Shown piece by piece: positions 1 to 13,700 of a DNA stretch of 64,000 bases (position 1 is its first letter; each line of letters opens with the position of its first letter). This DNA comes from Camelus dromedarius (lineage: Eukaryota), in NCBI RefSeq assembly GCF_036321535.1, contig NC_087436.1:36024001-36088000 (forward strand), given 5' to 3'. The position numbers and the translations under genes were made by a program. The notes beneath the pieces were generated by a model, which saw nothing but the letters and a program-made list of their open reading frames with translations, was not told the origin of the DNA and did no database searches.

Positions 1-475
1 CTGACTTCCAGATCACTGATCTGTTCTTCTAAGTTTTCTAATCTGCTGTTGATTCTCTCTAGTGTATTTTTCATTTCAGTTACTGTGTTCTTCAGCTTTG
101 ATTGGTTCTTTCTTATATTTTCTAACTCTTTGTTGACATTTTCACTGTATTCCTCCATTCTTCTCCCAAGTTAATGAGCATCTTTAGGACCATTAATTTT
201 AACTCTTTTGTCAGGTAAATACAGATCTCCATTTCATTAGGGTTTTCTTGGCCACAACCTGCAGTTGTATGTTCTTCTTTCGTTTGGAACACATTCATTT
301 GTCTTCTCATTTTGCTTGATTTTCTGTTTGTTTCTATGAATTAGGTGAAATGGTTACCTCTCCTGGTCTTAAAGGTATGGCTTTGTGTAGAAGCATTCCT
401 TGTGCAGACTTGATGTGCTGCACAGCTTCGGCAGGCCAGCTGGAGCTGGAGGGAGTGAAGGCTTGGGGGGCCTGG
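1..475 (-). mobile_element. LINE-1 fragment (5' region / ORF1 N-terminus), continues off the window
   Basis: ORF 122..310(-) MRRQMNVFQTKE...KELKLMVLKML resembles the L1 ORF1p N-terminal coiled coil; degenerate. Confidence 0.75.
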
Positions 476-1891
476 TCATGAGATCTCACAGTTTAACTTA
501 ATTCTTAAATCAAAGTAATAGTATAAGCCCAAGGCAGTAAAGTTATTACTTAGCAAAAGATTTTGAGAAAAGAGCTGGATGCTTGAGTTTTGCTTTTGTT
601 TTATTCCTGATGATTTTAAATTCAATAGTAGTCCACAGCGTGACTGAGCTGGCAAAGAAACTAATACAGTCCTGGAATGCATTAGCTGGTGCATAATATT
701 CAGGTTAAAAGCATTAAGTGTCTCAGTAAGCTTTGTACTGATCACATTAAAACTTAATTATGGTATATTCATTTGCAGATACCATAATTTCAGAGAGAAA
801 GGAACAAACAGACAATAGTTCAGGGGGAAAAAAAGGGTAAGAATGCTGAAGATGGAATAAGGGTACCACATGAAATAAAACAAGACATCAATCAAGCCTG
901 GAGGAGAAAAGACTGGTTGGTGAGATGGAATGTAAAGATAAGACATATGACACAGCTTTCAAAAATAAAGAACCACATAGAAGAGGTATTAAAAACTGTT
1001 CTTTATAGCATTTTGGAGAAGAAACAGGCTGGTGTGTAGAAGCTGTAGACAGGAAAACAACAGCTGGTTCAGTAGAATAAAGAACTTCCTGACAGTCTGA
1101 GGCAAAGATGTATGGTTTATTTCATGAGTTAACAGGTTCCCCACAAGTACAGGTGAGTGAGCAAAGGATGGAGAAATGATGGGTAGAAATTTTATAAAAA
1201 GATCAATGCATCAGAAAGATAACTAAACCATCAGACCTTCCAGTTCTCTCCAATCCTGAAAGAATTAATTTCTCTTAGGACTTGGGTATCAAGGGCAATA
1301 TGTATTTTATTATGTTATTACTCTTTCTTTAATAGAAGATTAAACATACTATTTGCACGGTGCTGGCATCAAATACTATTTACTAAGCAAATATATAAAC
1401 ACAGACTCTTAACTCCTCCAAATTTAAATATCTAGACTGAAAATTCCAATCATGACAAATACTACAAAAGGATTTCAACACACAATGATAAAAAGCAAAA
1501 AAGCAATGCAACTTTAAGACTGAGATGTCATGAATAAATATTTACCAGTTTTCATACTATAAAAAACTGCATTTCTATATTTTTGGATTTTGGTGCGTCA
1601 TTAAGCTGGAAAGACTAATTATTTAGTCCAAGAAAATGGACTTGAAAAGATTAAATATTAAAAGAATGTTCAAGAAGAGATTAAAGGTAGTTTGAAGAAC
1701 AAGAAGTTAATACACCCTTACTACTATTATTGGTTTATTTTAAGCACAGCTTATATTATAGACTCAAATAATTTATCTTCAGAAAATTTATGCAATAAAT
1801 GTATTTAAACAATCTTTAGAAAAACTTTGTGGCTCATGTGTGAACAGACATAGGGTCTTTTACTAAACTGCTAAAAGCTTACAAGGAAAGA

Positions 1892-2195
1892 TCAATGGCC
1901 AGTAAACTTTTTCTGTAGAGGTCCAAGTGGTAAATAATTTAGGCTTTACAGGCCCATAAGTCTCTACTGTAACTACTCTACAGTAGTAGTACAAATAGTC
2001 ACAGACACTACATTAAATAAAAATCAGTGTATTTATGAGGACTGAAATTTGAATTTCACATTATTTTCACATGTCGCAAAGTCATCGTATTTTCCCAACC
2101 ATTTAAATATATAAAAATCATTTTTAGCTCATGGGATGTACAAACACAAGTGATGGACACGATGTGGTGCACAGGTCATAACTGCCTGATCCCTG
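1892..2195 (+). mobile_element. MER58-family (MER58B-like) hAT-Charlie DNA transposon relic
   Basis: Typical motifs aaactttttctgtagaggtccaagtggtaaataatttaggcttt, gaaatttgaatttcacattattttcacatgtc, and terminal tgatccctg. Confidence 0.75.
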
Positions 2196-3524
2196 GGACA
2201 GACAGTCCTTATCTTATCAACATCTAAATGAGATATGATCCATATAACCTCTGACCAACTTACTCTTCTTCCCATCCTTCCAAAGCTGAAACCCTTATAG
2301 TGGTTGCTATAATAGATATAGTGAAAACACTTTGCACTTTTTAAAAAAACAAAAAAGAAACACACAAATACTCAGTAACAATAATAAAACTACTTCTAAG
2401 AGTCCTGTAAAGGATGGTAAAGCTGAAATTGGAATATGACCTTGGAGGAAGCCACCTAGATCTGACTACACTGTGGCTCAGATTCTAACACACTAATACT
2501 TTCTACACCATTTTGATAAATAATATTAAAGATGATTAAGCATCTTTTCCTTAAATACTTACAGGAAGGTAGAGAATTATGATCCATTTAAACTTTTAAC
2601 ATCTGTTAGGTCAAGCAGTATGGTTTTTAGTTCTGACTAAACCGAGAACAGCAATAATAGATGAACAGAACATTTAAATTGTAACTTGGAAGAGTGGAGA
2701 GGAAAGCCATTTACAAACGTATCTGTAACCTTTCTGAGAGTATTTCTAGAACACAATTCATTTGAAAAGTGGAAACTACATGTATTTAGCTTCTCATGTG
2801 CTGACATTTCTAAACATGCTAATATTTTCCATGTTACAAAGACATCAAATAAAACCAACTTTTAACTTACAGTATTTAAGAAACAGAAATATTAAGTCAT
2901 ATTTAACCCATAACTTATCTTCCAGAAAAACTGGAAGGAAAACTAATGCTAGTTTATTACTTTGATGAGTTAAACACACTAAGTTAGAAAATAATTTTGA
3001 ACACTGAATTACTCAAGACCTCTACATAACTTCCGAAATCTTCCTCAATTGAGCAATCTGATCAGAATTTTTAAAATTCTATAAATTTACTACTATGAGA
3101 AAACTAGGTTTCATGTGAGAGGTAATACTTATAATAGTAATTATTATTGAGAGCATATTATATAACAAGCATCCGTACTAAAAGTAACCAAAGGGACTAA
3201 ATTTAAAAAGATTCATTATAAAAAAATTTTTGAAGTTTGTTTCACACCAGAGAAAGAAGACACGATCATTTCTTCCTTAATATGCAACACAAATGTACAA
3301 AATATCACAGATTGAACACTATACTCCTCTAAAGGGTCCACATAAGCAACAGTCTAACAAAAAACAATATAAACTCCTAGAGTTTGGGCTTTTAAATATT
3401 ATTTGGACATCAAAAATAATTCAGTTGTTCGTTGTTCTAAAGTCTCCTGATGCTGTGGACATCCAGGCCGTCATCAATCTAAAAACAATGTGACTACATG
3501 ACACCATACAATCTCATTAATCTT

Positions 3525-3614
3525 CATTTGTCCTTCACATCCTGTCATTCTTATGCAAAATGCACTCTTGAGGATGTAATTTCTCTTCACTCATCTATAT
3601 GCAGGAGGAGGAGT
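3525..3614 (+). repeat. Copy 1 of a 90-bp dispersed direct duplication
   Basis: 85/90 identical to 4422-4511 by manual alignment. Confidence 0.95.
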
Positions 3615-4421
3615 GTTGGGAACTGGGGTAAAAGGTCTGTGGAGACTTCAGGATACTACCAGAGACCCCCAAGCAAACACCTTACTCAGCCTAGTGTGCT
3701 ACATTACAGCTAACGTGTTTGACATGTAAATATGATATAGCAGGAAGTAGAATAATGTGACTCTTGAGACACATCTCACTTCCCTTGCTCAATCACCAAA
3801 TCCCATGGGTTCTCCAGCTTTAGTTTCCCCAGACTATATGAAACTGAAATATTGATCAAAAAAGACACTAAAAATGAACAACATATGGGTCATATAATGA
3901 TATCAATTTCAGTCCTCTGACAGTCCAAGAATACTCTCCATTCCAACACACTTACTTAAGGTCATCATGACATAGCGATTGTGGGTTAACAGGCAATAGG
4001 ATTGTAAAGTATGCTACCCAATTTACAAGGCCAAACAACTTAATTAAATGTAGCCAAAGTTGGACTACAGGCATTATTCCTTTGATACCCAGAACAGTCC
4101 TTTTTAATTTTCTTTCCAGTTTTAGGCCAAAGACAAAATCTCTACCTTTCAGCATAAGCATAGGAAACTTACTTTAATTCTTCTGTTTCCTGTTTTCTTC
4201 CTACTACTATTTCCTCCAGACAAGACAGGTGGTGAAAACTCTGTCTATTCATTTCATTATAATAGGAAATTTTTTTTTAATCATTTCTTAAGACTGTTTT
4301 GTTTCTAACAGCATATTTAGGGCACATTTTATACACCATATTCTAATCACCCACGTCCTAAAACTTTTTTATAGTACCATTAAACAATACTCAAATAATG
4401 CTGTATATTTTATAAAATACA

Positions 4422-4511
4422 CATTTGTCCTTCACATCCTGTCATTCTTATGCAAAATGCACTCTTAAAAATACAATTTCTCTTCACTCATCTATATGCA
4501 GGAGGAGGAGT
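4422..4511 (+). repeat. Copy 2 of the 90-bp dispersed direct duplication
   Basis: 85/90 identical to 3525-3614; all mismatches fall in one 8-bp window. Confidence 0.95.
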
Positions 4512-4597
4512 TTTCTCTGAACTTTTATAAAATGTAACATTAATATTACATTAATATTAACATCGATATGTAACATTTTATAGAAGTTTAGAGAAAA
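4511..4597. repeat. Inverted repeat: 30-bp arms (27/30), 27-nt spacer, with a tandem 11-mer overlapping the left arm end and spacer
   Basis: Arms 4511-4540 and 4568-4597; acattaatatt x2 at 4537-4558. Confidence 0.9.
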
Positions 4598-5134
4598 AAA
4601 TCTGGAAAATACACTTTTGACATAGTATATATCATCTGAGTAATAACAGAAGTACACTCAATAAAATTCATATTGCATATGAATATAGAATTTTACCTGA
4701 AATAGAAAACAATTAAAATATTTTTTACAAAAATCTCTGATTATTTAAAATAGTTTTTTGCATAAGCAGAACATTTAGACCATGGTTCAAAGTACTAAGT
4801 TCAAAGTTGTACTTGAAAGCATTGCATATCATTTGATGATCTTGTAACTATTGTTATACCACTGAAAAATACTTTTTCCATTTACCAATTTTATGTTTTA
4901 TGGTCAGTTATAATTTTATTACTTCATTATTATTTCATCTATTAAAATTAAATATTATAAATTTTGAAAAATTTGAATAGTAAATTAAAGATCTTTAGAT
5001 CCCCATGACCTAGTGAAAATTAAGTCTTTGTATATAATTTCAAACACTTTCAATATCTTAATTTAAATGTGCTTATCCAAAATTAGTTGGTTAAAATAAG
5101 TTAGATTTCTAACTTTTTAAAAAATTAATCAAAG

Positions 5135-5252
5135 TATGTATATAAGTATGTTTATGCATATATATGATGTATGCATATATATGTATACATACACACAGAC
5201 AAGCATACATATAAATATATATGCATATGTAAATATGTTTGTATATATTTAT
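5135..5252. repeat. Degenerate (TA/TG/CA)n low-complexity tract
   Basis: Alternating purine-pyrimidine AT-rich run. Confidence 0.8.
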
Positions 5253-6281
5253 ACTTCTCTCTAAAGCCTCTTGAAGCAAAGGTTGGTCAAAAGGTTTTAC
5301 CAGTGTGCAATAATATTGACACCTAAAACATTTATTTTGGATAATTAGGTAATTTTAGAAGTGAGGCATTAAAGGTACTATTTTATGAAAGAACAAAAAT
5401 ATAACTAGAATGCTGGAAGATATTTTTCAAACTAATTTCTCAAACTCTGTGATATTAAAGACTGTTACTTACGAGTTGTCATTAATGAAACATAGCATCT
5501 GCCTTCTAAGGGAAATATTATTAGCAAGCAAGAAACATAAAAACAAGGCAAAAAAATGGAAATATGAAAACGAAGAACCACTTCCATCCCTTTAATCATC
5601 CACCTTTGGAGATAAGTTCCACCCCAAATCTGGTTAAGCATTTTCTCCAAGAGACCCAAGATACCCACAGATCAAAGTATCCTGAAGAGAATAGAAGTCA
5701 TTTACCATTACCTTTGGGGTTTTGACTTATTTTAAGATGAGACTGAAAAAAGGCCCAAAACCTTAGAGTGACCCAAGAATAGCCCAAGAATAATTTAAAA
5801 TCTCATATATGTTTATCTCAAAAATTTCTTGAGGTCTTTTATGCCAGGTGTAGGTTAAAACTAGGATAAATTTCACCTTATGGCAAAACGTAACAGTTGG
5901 GATTCAATCCAGGTCTTACAGAGGGAAAAGTAAGCAAAAGAGATTATAAATCAACAATTCTACTGTATTAAATAATAGTCTTACAAAAAGTTACACATAT
6001 AAAGAACATGAAAAAAATGTATCCTTTACTTAATAAAGGAGTTTAAATTCATTTATCCTGTTCTATTTTAAGAAAGATTGTATGTATAATTTGAAGAAAG
6101 ATAAATCTGAACAAGGCAAGGCAGAGAAATGCTCCATCTGAGAAAAGACAGATTCCACAGAACAAGGACATTTCAAAAGAGCTGGTTGGTAGCCAATCAT
6201 AGGACAGTAAAGGATAAGTTAGTTGTTCTTAATGCCCATGCGAGAACTTATGTAAGGGTTGGGGAAGAAGCTAAAGAGCAC

Positions 6282-6865
6282 TGTGGTAGGAAGAATTCTA
6301 TTTCAGCTCCAAGATCCTGGTTCTCTGATTGACATACACCTTCTCCCAGTTATTCAATCAAATGCTAATATAGGTACTATTGTGAAGGGCTGTGGTAAAT
6401 GTAATTAAGGTCCTGAAGCAGTTGACTCGAAGGTGGAGAGATTTTCCTTGGTGGGCCTAACTTGACCAGGTGAAACTTTTTAAAAGAGACTAGCCTTTTA
6501 CTTGCAATGTAAATTTAAAGCATGAGATGGATAAAATATGATGGAGATTCTCCATTGCTGTCTTTAAAGATGCAAGGGCACATGTGGGTCTCTAGAAGCT
6601 GAGAGTAGCTCCCACCTGACAGACAGTAAAGAAATTTAGTCCTTAGGTCTACAATCATAAGACGTGAATTCTGCCCCAGTGTGAGCTTAGAAGAGAATAC
6701 CAGTTCCTGACGAGAATGCAGTTGGTCAACACCTTGTCCAGTACCGGAGCAGACAACTCCATCATGCCATGCCCAGATTTTGACCTCCAGAAACACTTAA
6801 ATGAGTATTATGTGAAGCTGTTAAATTTGGGGTAATGTGTTACACGGCAAGCAAAAATTAATATA
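6282..6865 (+). mobile_element. MLT1 (MLT1E/F-like) MaLR solo LTR
   Basis: Starts TGTGGTAGG; internal motifs tgtaattaaggtcc, ctagaagctgagagtagc, gaattctgcc; ends aattaatata; 5-bp TSD agcac/agcat. Confidence 0.85.
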
Positions 6866-7855
6866 AGCATGAACCAGGCTAAATCATACAGCTTGATTTA
6901 GAAGAATCCAGTGAAGTTTACTGTAAGCCCAAAGTCCTACTTCAAGAAATGTGTCTAATAACAAGGACATATAATACTAAGAAACCAAAGCAGGACATTA
7001 TTAGATTAGACACTGTAGAGAAAGAAACTGAAGAAATTTTAGAGCTCATTAGCCATGGGGTAACCAAAAGACAAATGTCATAAAAATACAATGTATTCTT
7101 ACACATTTTTATAGCAGGAGAAAGATGATTTTTCTAGATTCAGTGAAACCAAAAGGTGAGATTAAGTAACCTTTAAGGGCTCTTTCAGCACTCTCTTTAA
7201 TCCTCGTTAAAAATATAGTCCTATCTTTTTTTTTTTTTTAATAGACATCAGAGATGCCTGGGCACCAACCCAGATTCTATAAATGTTCAGAACTCACCTA
7301 GCTTCCTACATAGCACTACATCAGAAAGGGAACAATTTATTAAGGTCCAAAATGTTTGTACCTGCACTTGACCAAGGGACTTTACTGCACAGCAAAATAC
7401 CTAACTGAATGAAAGCAAGGCTTTCTTCTCACATAAAAACTTCTTTCAAATCTTCAAAAAGATCATTTGAAAAAAAAAATCCCATTTTGAAAACTGAAAG
7501 TCCATGTATATGTGCATAGGGAGGGAGGAGCTCATAAGGTCATATACATGAGGCAATAACATTAACTAAAAAAGAGAAACTGGTTCATGCTCCAGGAGTA
7601 AATTTTTACTCTAAATTTAGATACTTGTTAAAAAAGTATACATGAAGTATAAATTAGGCACTTAAACGTTAGTGAACTCCTTGATTAAACTATGACCAGG
7701 GGAAAAACAGTGGTAGCAATAGCTTGATAGTGTTAATTTTGCACCTATATAGCTTAATTTAATGCTACAGTCTAAGGAAATTTTTAAGAGAAATAAAATC
7801 CATTGCCATAAATAAATCCAATTTATTCTAATTACTTTGAAAGCAACTGCTAGGC

Positions 7856-7875
7856 CTTCTAGAAAGTTCTAGAAA
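7856..7875. promoter_or_regulatory. Perfect four-unit heat-shock element motif (function unproven)
   Basis: cTTCt aGAAa gTTCt aGAAa matches the nTTCn/nGAAn alternating consensus. Confidence 0.35.
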
Positions 7876-8223
7876 GTTGTTGATAATAACTTGAGTCTAA
7901 AGAGCCTGTTTATCTTAATATGAATTAAAACGTTAAAAAAATTTAACATAAATCAGATGAAACCAAAAAAAGAATTTCAGAACTTCAGTTCTCTAGGGAA
8001 ATATACTGAGTTTGATGCAACAATGGGGGAGGGGAAATTCAAGGAGTTAACAAAAAAATTTCTTTAATAGCAAACCATAAGTGATAAAAATATAAACAAA
8101 AGCTTTTCTCTGTTCTCTTCATTTCCTTTAGTTTAAGATCGGTAAGTATTCTCTAAATGACAAGTAGAAAGTAATTTGACATGAAAAACCCAAAACAATC
8201 AAATGATACAGTTCCTGATTTTA

Positions 8224-8553
<330 letters not shown>

Positions 8554-9939
8554 TCATTTCTTTTCCTCCATCATCAACCACGATCATTTTCTCTCCAATA
8601 ATAAAATGCTGAGTGTCAAATATAAAAGATCTGAGTAGATATAAGGTTTTTTTTAAAGTCCACCAAATACATAATTATTTAATTTAATCAATATTTAGAT
8701 TTAATACAGCATATATACTGACAAGAATTGGGAATTAAAAAACTGAATAAGATACAAACTCATTTTCACATGAAGCATAGTGCCTATGTGAGACAGAAAA
8801 CTCTACATATCCATAACAAATGGGATATTTCTGATGTATCTTAATACTTTTAAATATTAAGAATATCTTTTCAACATATCAGCAGGTAGGTAGTCACTGT
8901 AATCAACTTATCCAGGAAAATAGGCCAAAAAAGCATTTAATTTTGTTCCTTTTATTCATGTTCCAGGTCAATTACAAAACCACTGCAGGACAAATTACAC
9001 CTTAATTTAATCGCATTTCCTCTGACCACAAAAAAATGACTAAATATTGACTTTTAAGAAGTAAACTCAAGAAGTCTCACTAGTGAACAAAACTTTGATA
9101 TTACACCATCAAGGCCCCACAATTCTCATTAGCATTAGCTGGGATTTACTAAGATCTGTTCAGAATTGAGAAATATATAATACACATCTGGGTGGATAAC
9201 TATAGAGTAAAATAGCATTATACACATATTAAACATATAAATTCAATCAGATGTAGTTGAGTATGGGGAACTGGAGAAGAGAGAAAAAAAACAGAAGGGA
9301 CATACACCATCCCTTTATCTTAGCACCCATGACAGAATAAGCACACCCTCAGTATAACCACCATGTAATATATTTAACAATAAAGTAATTAGGATCTCTA
9401 AATAAAAGAATTTAGACCTCAGCATGTATTACAAGTTCAAAAACCTGACTTAGTGTATACACAGGAGAGTAGCTGCAAACACACATGAAGGTGTTATACA
9501 AATTATAATGTTAATTAACTAAATTAAATGGTTGGTTCTTCCAGGTTGTTATATAAATCACACTGTCAATTTATTAAATTAAATGGTCCTTCCCAATGTC
9601 AAAAAGTTTGGGACCAAGGAAGCCACTGAGATTTGTTTTGGTTAGCATTAATTCCTGCAAGTGACTAATCAGCAGGTGTATGAATTTGCTGATCTGACGC
9701 TACATAAGAATAAACTTTGAATATTTTGAATAAATGGATTACATATCCTTCCAAAAATCCTCCATAATATAACTTTCCCAAATTAGAGTTTAACTCTTAG
9801 ATCAGAACATTGCTAGCAAAAGCTGTCAGGGCTCCTTCATAATGACTACAAGCATAGATATATTTCAGGCTACCAACAGATTATATCCAAGGCCTTCAAT
9901 TGTATTTACTTTGCTAATTAGCTATTATCCTATCTACAA

Positions 9940-10320
9940 AGTGCTAAGGAAGGTCACAAGAACAGGTTTTGGGAGAGTCAAGGTGGGCTGTCCAGGGCAG
10001 ACATTTTCTAACCTGTGACCTGAAAAATGAGTGAGGACCAGACAGGCAAGGAAAAAGAAGAGAAAGAGAAAGAACACAGAACATTGAAAATGGAAAACAG
10101 TTCAGAATAGCATAGTAGTAAGGTAGAAATGTAAAAGATTAGCACAGAAAGATAAACCAAGGCTGGATAAGAACAAAGCCTTCGTTACCCAAATTACTGA
10201 GTTTGGATTTTATTCTAAAGTTAACAGAAGGTTACAAGTAGAGACATGACAAGATCAGACTTAGGTATTTGAGGATCACAATGGCTACAACATGGAGAAC
10301 CGACTACAAAAGGGCAATAT
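9940..10320. mobile_element. L2 (LINE-2) relic
   Basis: Purine-rich stretch with gagtttggattttattctaaag, gacatgacaagatcagacttag, aggatcacaatggctac. Confidence 0.6.
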
Positions 10321-10444
10321 TGGTCTGTTTTCCCGTCCAGCATGTAAGGATCTTAGACACCTTTACTCCTTCCTAACATGTAAAAAACTCTACTAACTGA
10401 AAAATTAATTCTTCTCAGATCCCTCAGAGATGTGAGATCATAAG

Positions 10445-10780
10445 TATCCTAATCCATTTAGGCTGCTATAACAAAATACCACATGGTAGATGGTTTATCA
10501 ACAGTAGAAATTCATTTCTCATAGTCTGGAGGCTGCAAAGTCCAAGATCAAGGGACCGGTGTGGTCAGGTGAGGACTCTCTTCCCCTGCTGGTAACCAAC
10601 ACCTTCTCATTCTGTCCTCTATAAGAACGGGTGAGTAAGCTCTCTGGGGCCTCTTTCATAAAGACCGAAATCCCACTCATGACGGCTCCACCCTCATAAC
10701 CTAAGCACCTCCCCAAGGATCCACCTCTTAGGATTTCAACATATGAATCTGGGGAGTGCACAAATACCCATACTATAACA
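10445..10780 (-). mobile_element. MLT1A/MLT1A0-like MaLR solo LTR inserted into an older L1
   Basis: ggctgctataacaaaatacc...ttcatttctcatagtctggaggctgcaaagtccaagatcaagg...ggatttcaacatatgaat; TSD ataag/ataaa. Confidence 0.85.
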
Positions 10781-13700
10781 ATAAAGCAAATCAATGCCAC
10801 CAAAGCCGAAGAGACAGGCTGGATACAGAGAAACCAATAAACAGAAATCTCCATGGGAAGCAGTGCTGGGACAGGAGAGCCTGAAATGTAATTGATGAAT
10901 TGCTGGAGGGTTCAGTGCAGACAAATCTGAGAGTTAAATACTCCAGAAAGATCCAGTCATGGGGAAACCCTCACATTTCTGTTGAGTTTTACATCCAGAA
11001 GCTACACCAGGTTCTCAAAGAGAAATTCTGAGGAAAATCTCATACTTCTGGCAGAAGGAGAGGGGAAGAAGCCATTTTGAAATATGCCAGAACATTCAGT
11101 ATTTCTCAATAAGACCTTTCCTCAAGAGAAACAATTTCCTAAACTATTAGGGTCTTATCGCAGCACAACTGAGCTGGAGGAAGGGAAATACCCAACTCCA
11201 GCTCTCTCTAGCCATCCTATCCCACTCTCATGTAAGGGAGGTTACTGAAAAACAATTGTGAAGTTCATAGTCCAGCAACAGAGACTCGCTGAAAGACTGC
11301 AACCTAATCATAGACTACAGAACACTTTCCCTCCCCCCACACGTACTACTGTATTACTAAAGGTTTACTTTATCAGGGATAAAGAAAGAATTTCCATTAT
11401 AAAGTAGTCAATACTCCAAGAAGACATAACAATCCTTAATGTGTGTTATTTAACAGCAGAGCATCAAAATAAGTGAGGCAAAACCTGACAGAACTTCAAG
11501 AAGAAACAGATGAATCCACTATTGTGGTTGAAAATCCGAACACTCCTGTATCAAAAATGGACAGATTCAGCAGGCAGAAAATGAGTAATGACACAGTTGA
11601 ACTCAACAGCAACATCAACCAACTGGATATAATTATTATCCATATACCACTTCATCCAACAACAGCAGAATACACATTCTACCCAAGATCACATGGAACA
11701 TTCACCAAGACAGACTACATTCAGGGCTATAAGACATAACAAATTGTAAAGAAAAGAAATCATATAACGTGTGCTATCAGGCCACAATGAAATCAAACGA
11801 AATCAATAGTAGAAAGACAGTTGGAACATAATGAAACACTTAAAAGATTAAAAAATACATTTATAAATAATACAAAGGTCAAATAAATCTCGACAAAAAT
11901 CAAAAAATATTTTAAACTAAATGAAAATGAAAGTACAGCTTATCAAAATTTGTTGGATATAGTGAAAGTAGTGCTTAAAGAGAAGTTTATAGCATTGAAT
12001 GCATGTATTAGAAAAGCAGAAAGATATAAAATCAATAATGTAAGCTTCTACTTTAGGAAACTAAGAAAGAACAATTTAAATTCAAAATAAACATAAGAAA
12101 AAGTAAAAATCAGAGCAGAATCAGTAAAATCGGTAACAGAAAATCAGTAGAGAAAATCAATAAAACCAAAAGCTGGCTCTTTGAAAAAATCAGTAATTAC
12201 TAACATTAGAAATGAAAGAGGAGATCGTTACAGATTCCATGGACCTTAAAAGTTTAATAAAGGGTACTATGAGTATTAATACTATGAAAACCTTTATGTC
12301 CACAAATCCTTTGAAAGACAGACTGCCAAAACTGACAGGAAAAAGAAATGGACAGTCTGAATAGGCCTATGACAATGAAAGAAACTGAATAATTAATGAT
12401 CTTCTGAAACAGAAAGCATGAGATCCAGTTAGGTTTACTGGTAAATCTGCCAATCACTTTAGGAAGAAATTATAACAGTTCTCTACAACTTCTTCTAGAA
12501 GACAGAAGCAGAGGGAATACTTCTTAGCTCATTCTCTGAGGCCACCATTATCCTAAAACCAAAACCAGACAGAGATATCACAAGAAAATTACAGACCAAT
12601 TATCTCTTATGAATATACAAAATATTAGCAAATTGAATTCAACAATACATAATAATGTATGTATAATTCAAAAACATATAAAAAGATTTATACACTATGA
12701 TCAAGTGGGATTTATCCCAGGTATACAAGGCTGGTTAAACATTAAAAAATCAGTGAATATAATCGATCACATCAACCGACTGAAAAAAGAAAAATTTTAT
12801 GAGCACATCAATAGATACAGAAAAGGCATCTGACAAAGAGACCTTTTTGTCAAATTATGCTAAACACCCAATCACAATAAAAATTGAGGAAACCAGGAAT
12901 AAAGGGAACTTCTTCAACTTGATAAAGAACATCAACAAAAACCGTAACTGCAACTAACATCACACTTAATGGTGAGAAATAAGTAACGTTCCTGCTAAGA
13001 TCAGAAACAAGGCAAAATGTCCTTCCTGACCACTGTTTTTCAACAATATACTAGAAGTCCTAGCTAATGCAATAGGACAAGACAAGGAAATAAAGGTATA
13101 CAGACTGGGGAAAAAAAAACAAATAAAACTATCTTTATTCACAGATGAAAAAACTGTCTATGCAGAAAATACAAAATAACTGACAAAAACTTGTCAACAA
13201 ATAGTGCTAGCATGGCTGTATATCCACATAAAAGAAAATGACTCTAGACACAGATTTTTACACTCCTTACAAATATTAACTCAAAATAGATCATAGACCT
13301 AAATATAAAATGCAAAACTATAAAACTCCTGGAAGAGAACACAGAAGAAAACCCAAGTGATTTTAGCTATGCCAATGACTTTTTAGATACAACACTAAAG
13401 GCATGATCCATGGAAAAAATAATTGATGAGCTAGACTTATTTAAAATTAAAAACTTTCACTCTGTAATAGACACCATCAAGAAGGCAAGCCACAAGCTGA
13501 GAGAAAATATTTATGTCTGGTAAAGGACTGTTATCCAATATAACAAATCTTAAAATTCAACAATAAGAAAATGAAAAACCTCATTAAAAAATGGACAAAA
13601 GACCTGAACGGACACCTCATCAAAGAGCTATCCAGATGGCAAATAAATATGAAAAGATGCTCAACATCATATATAACTAGGAAACTGCAAATTAAAACAA

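Noticed and set aside
10519..10924. ORFs of 111 and 62 aa
   Set aside because: Chance frames across MLT1 and L1 sequence.
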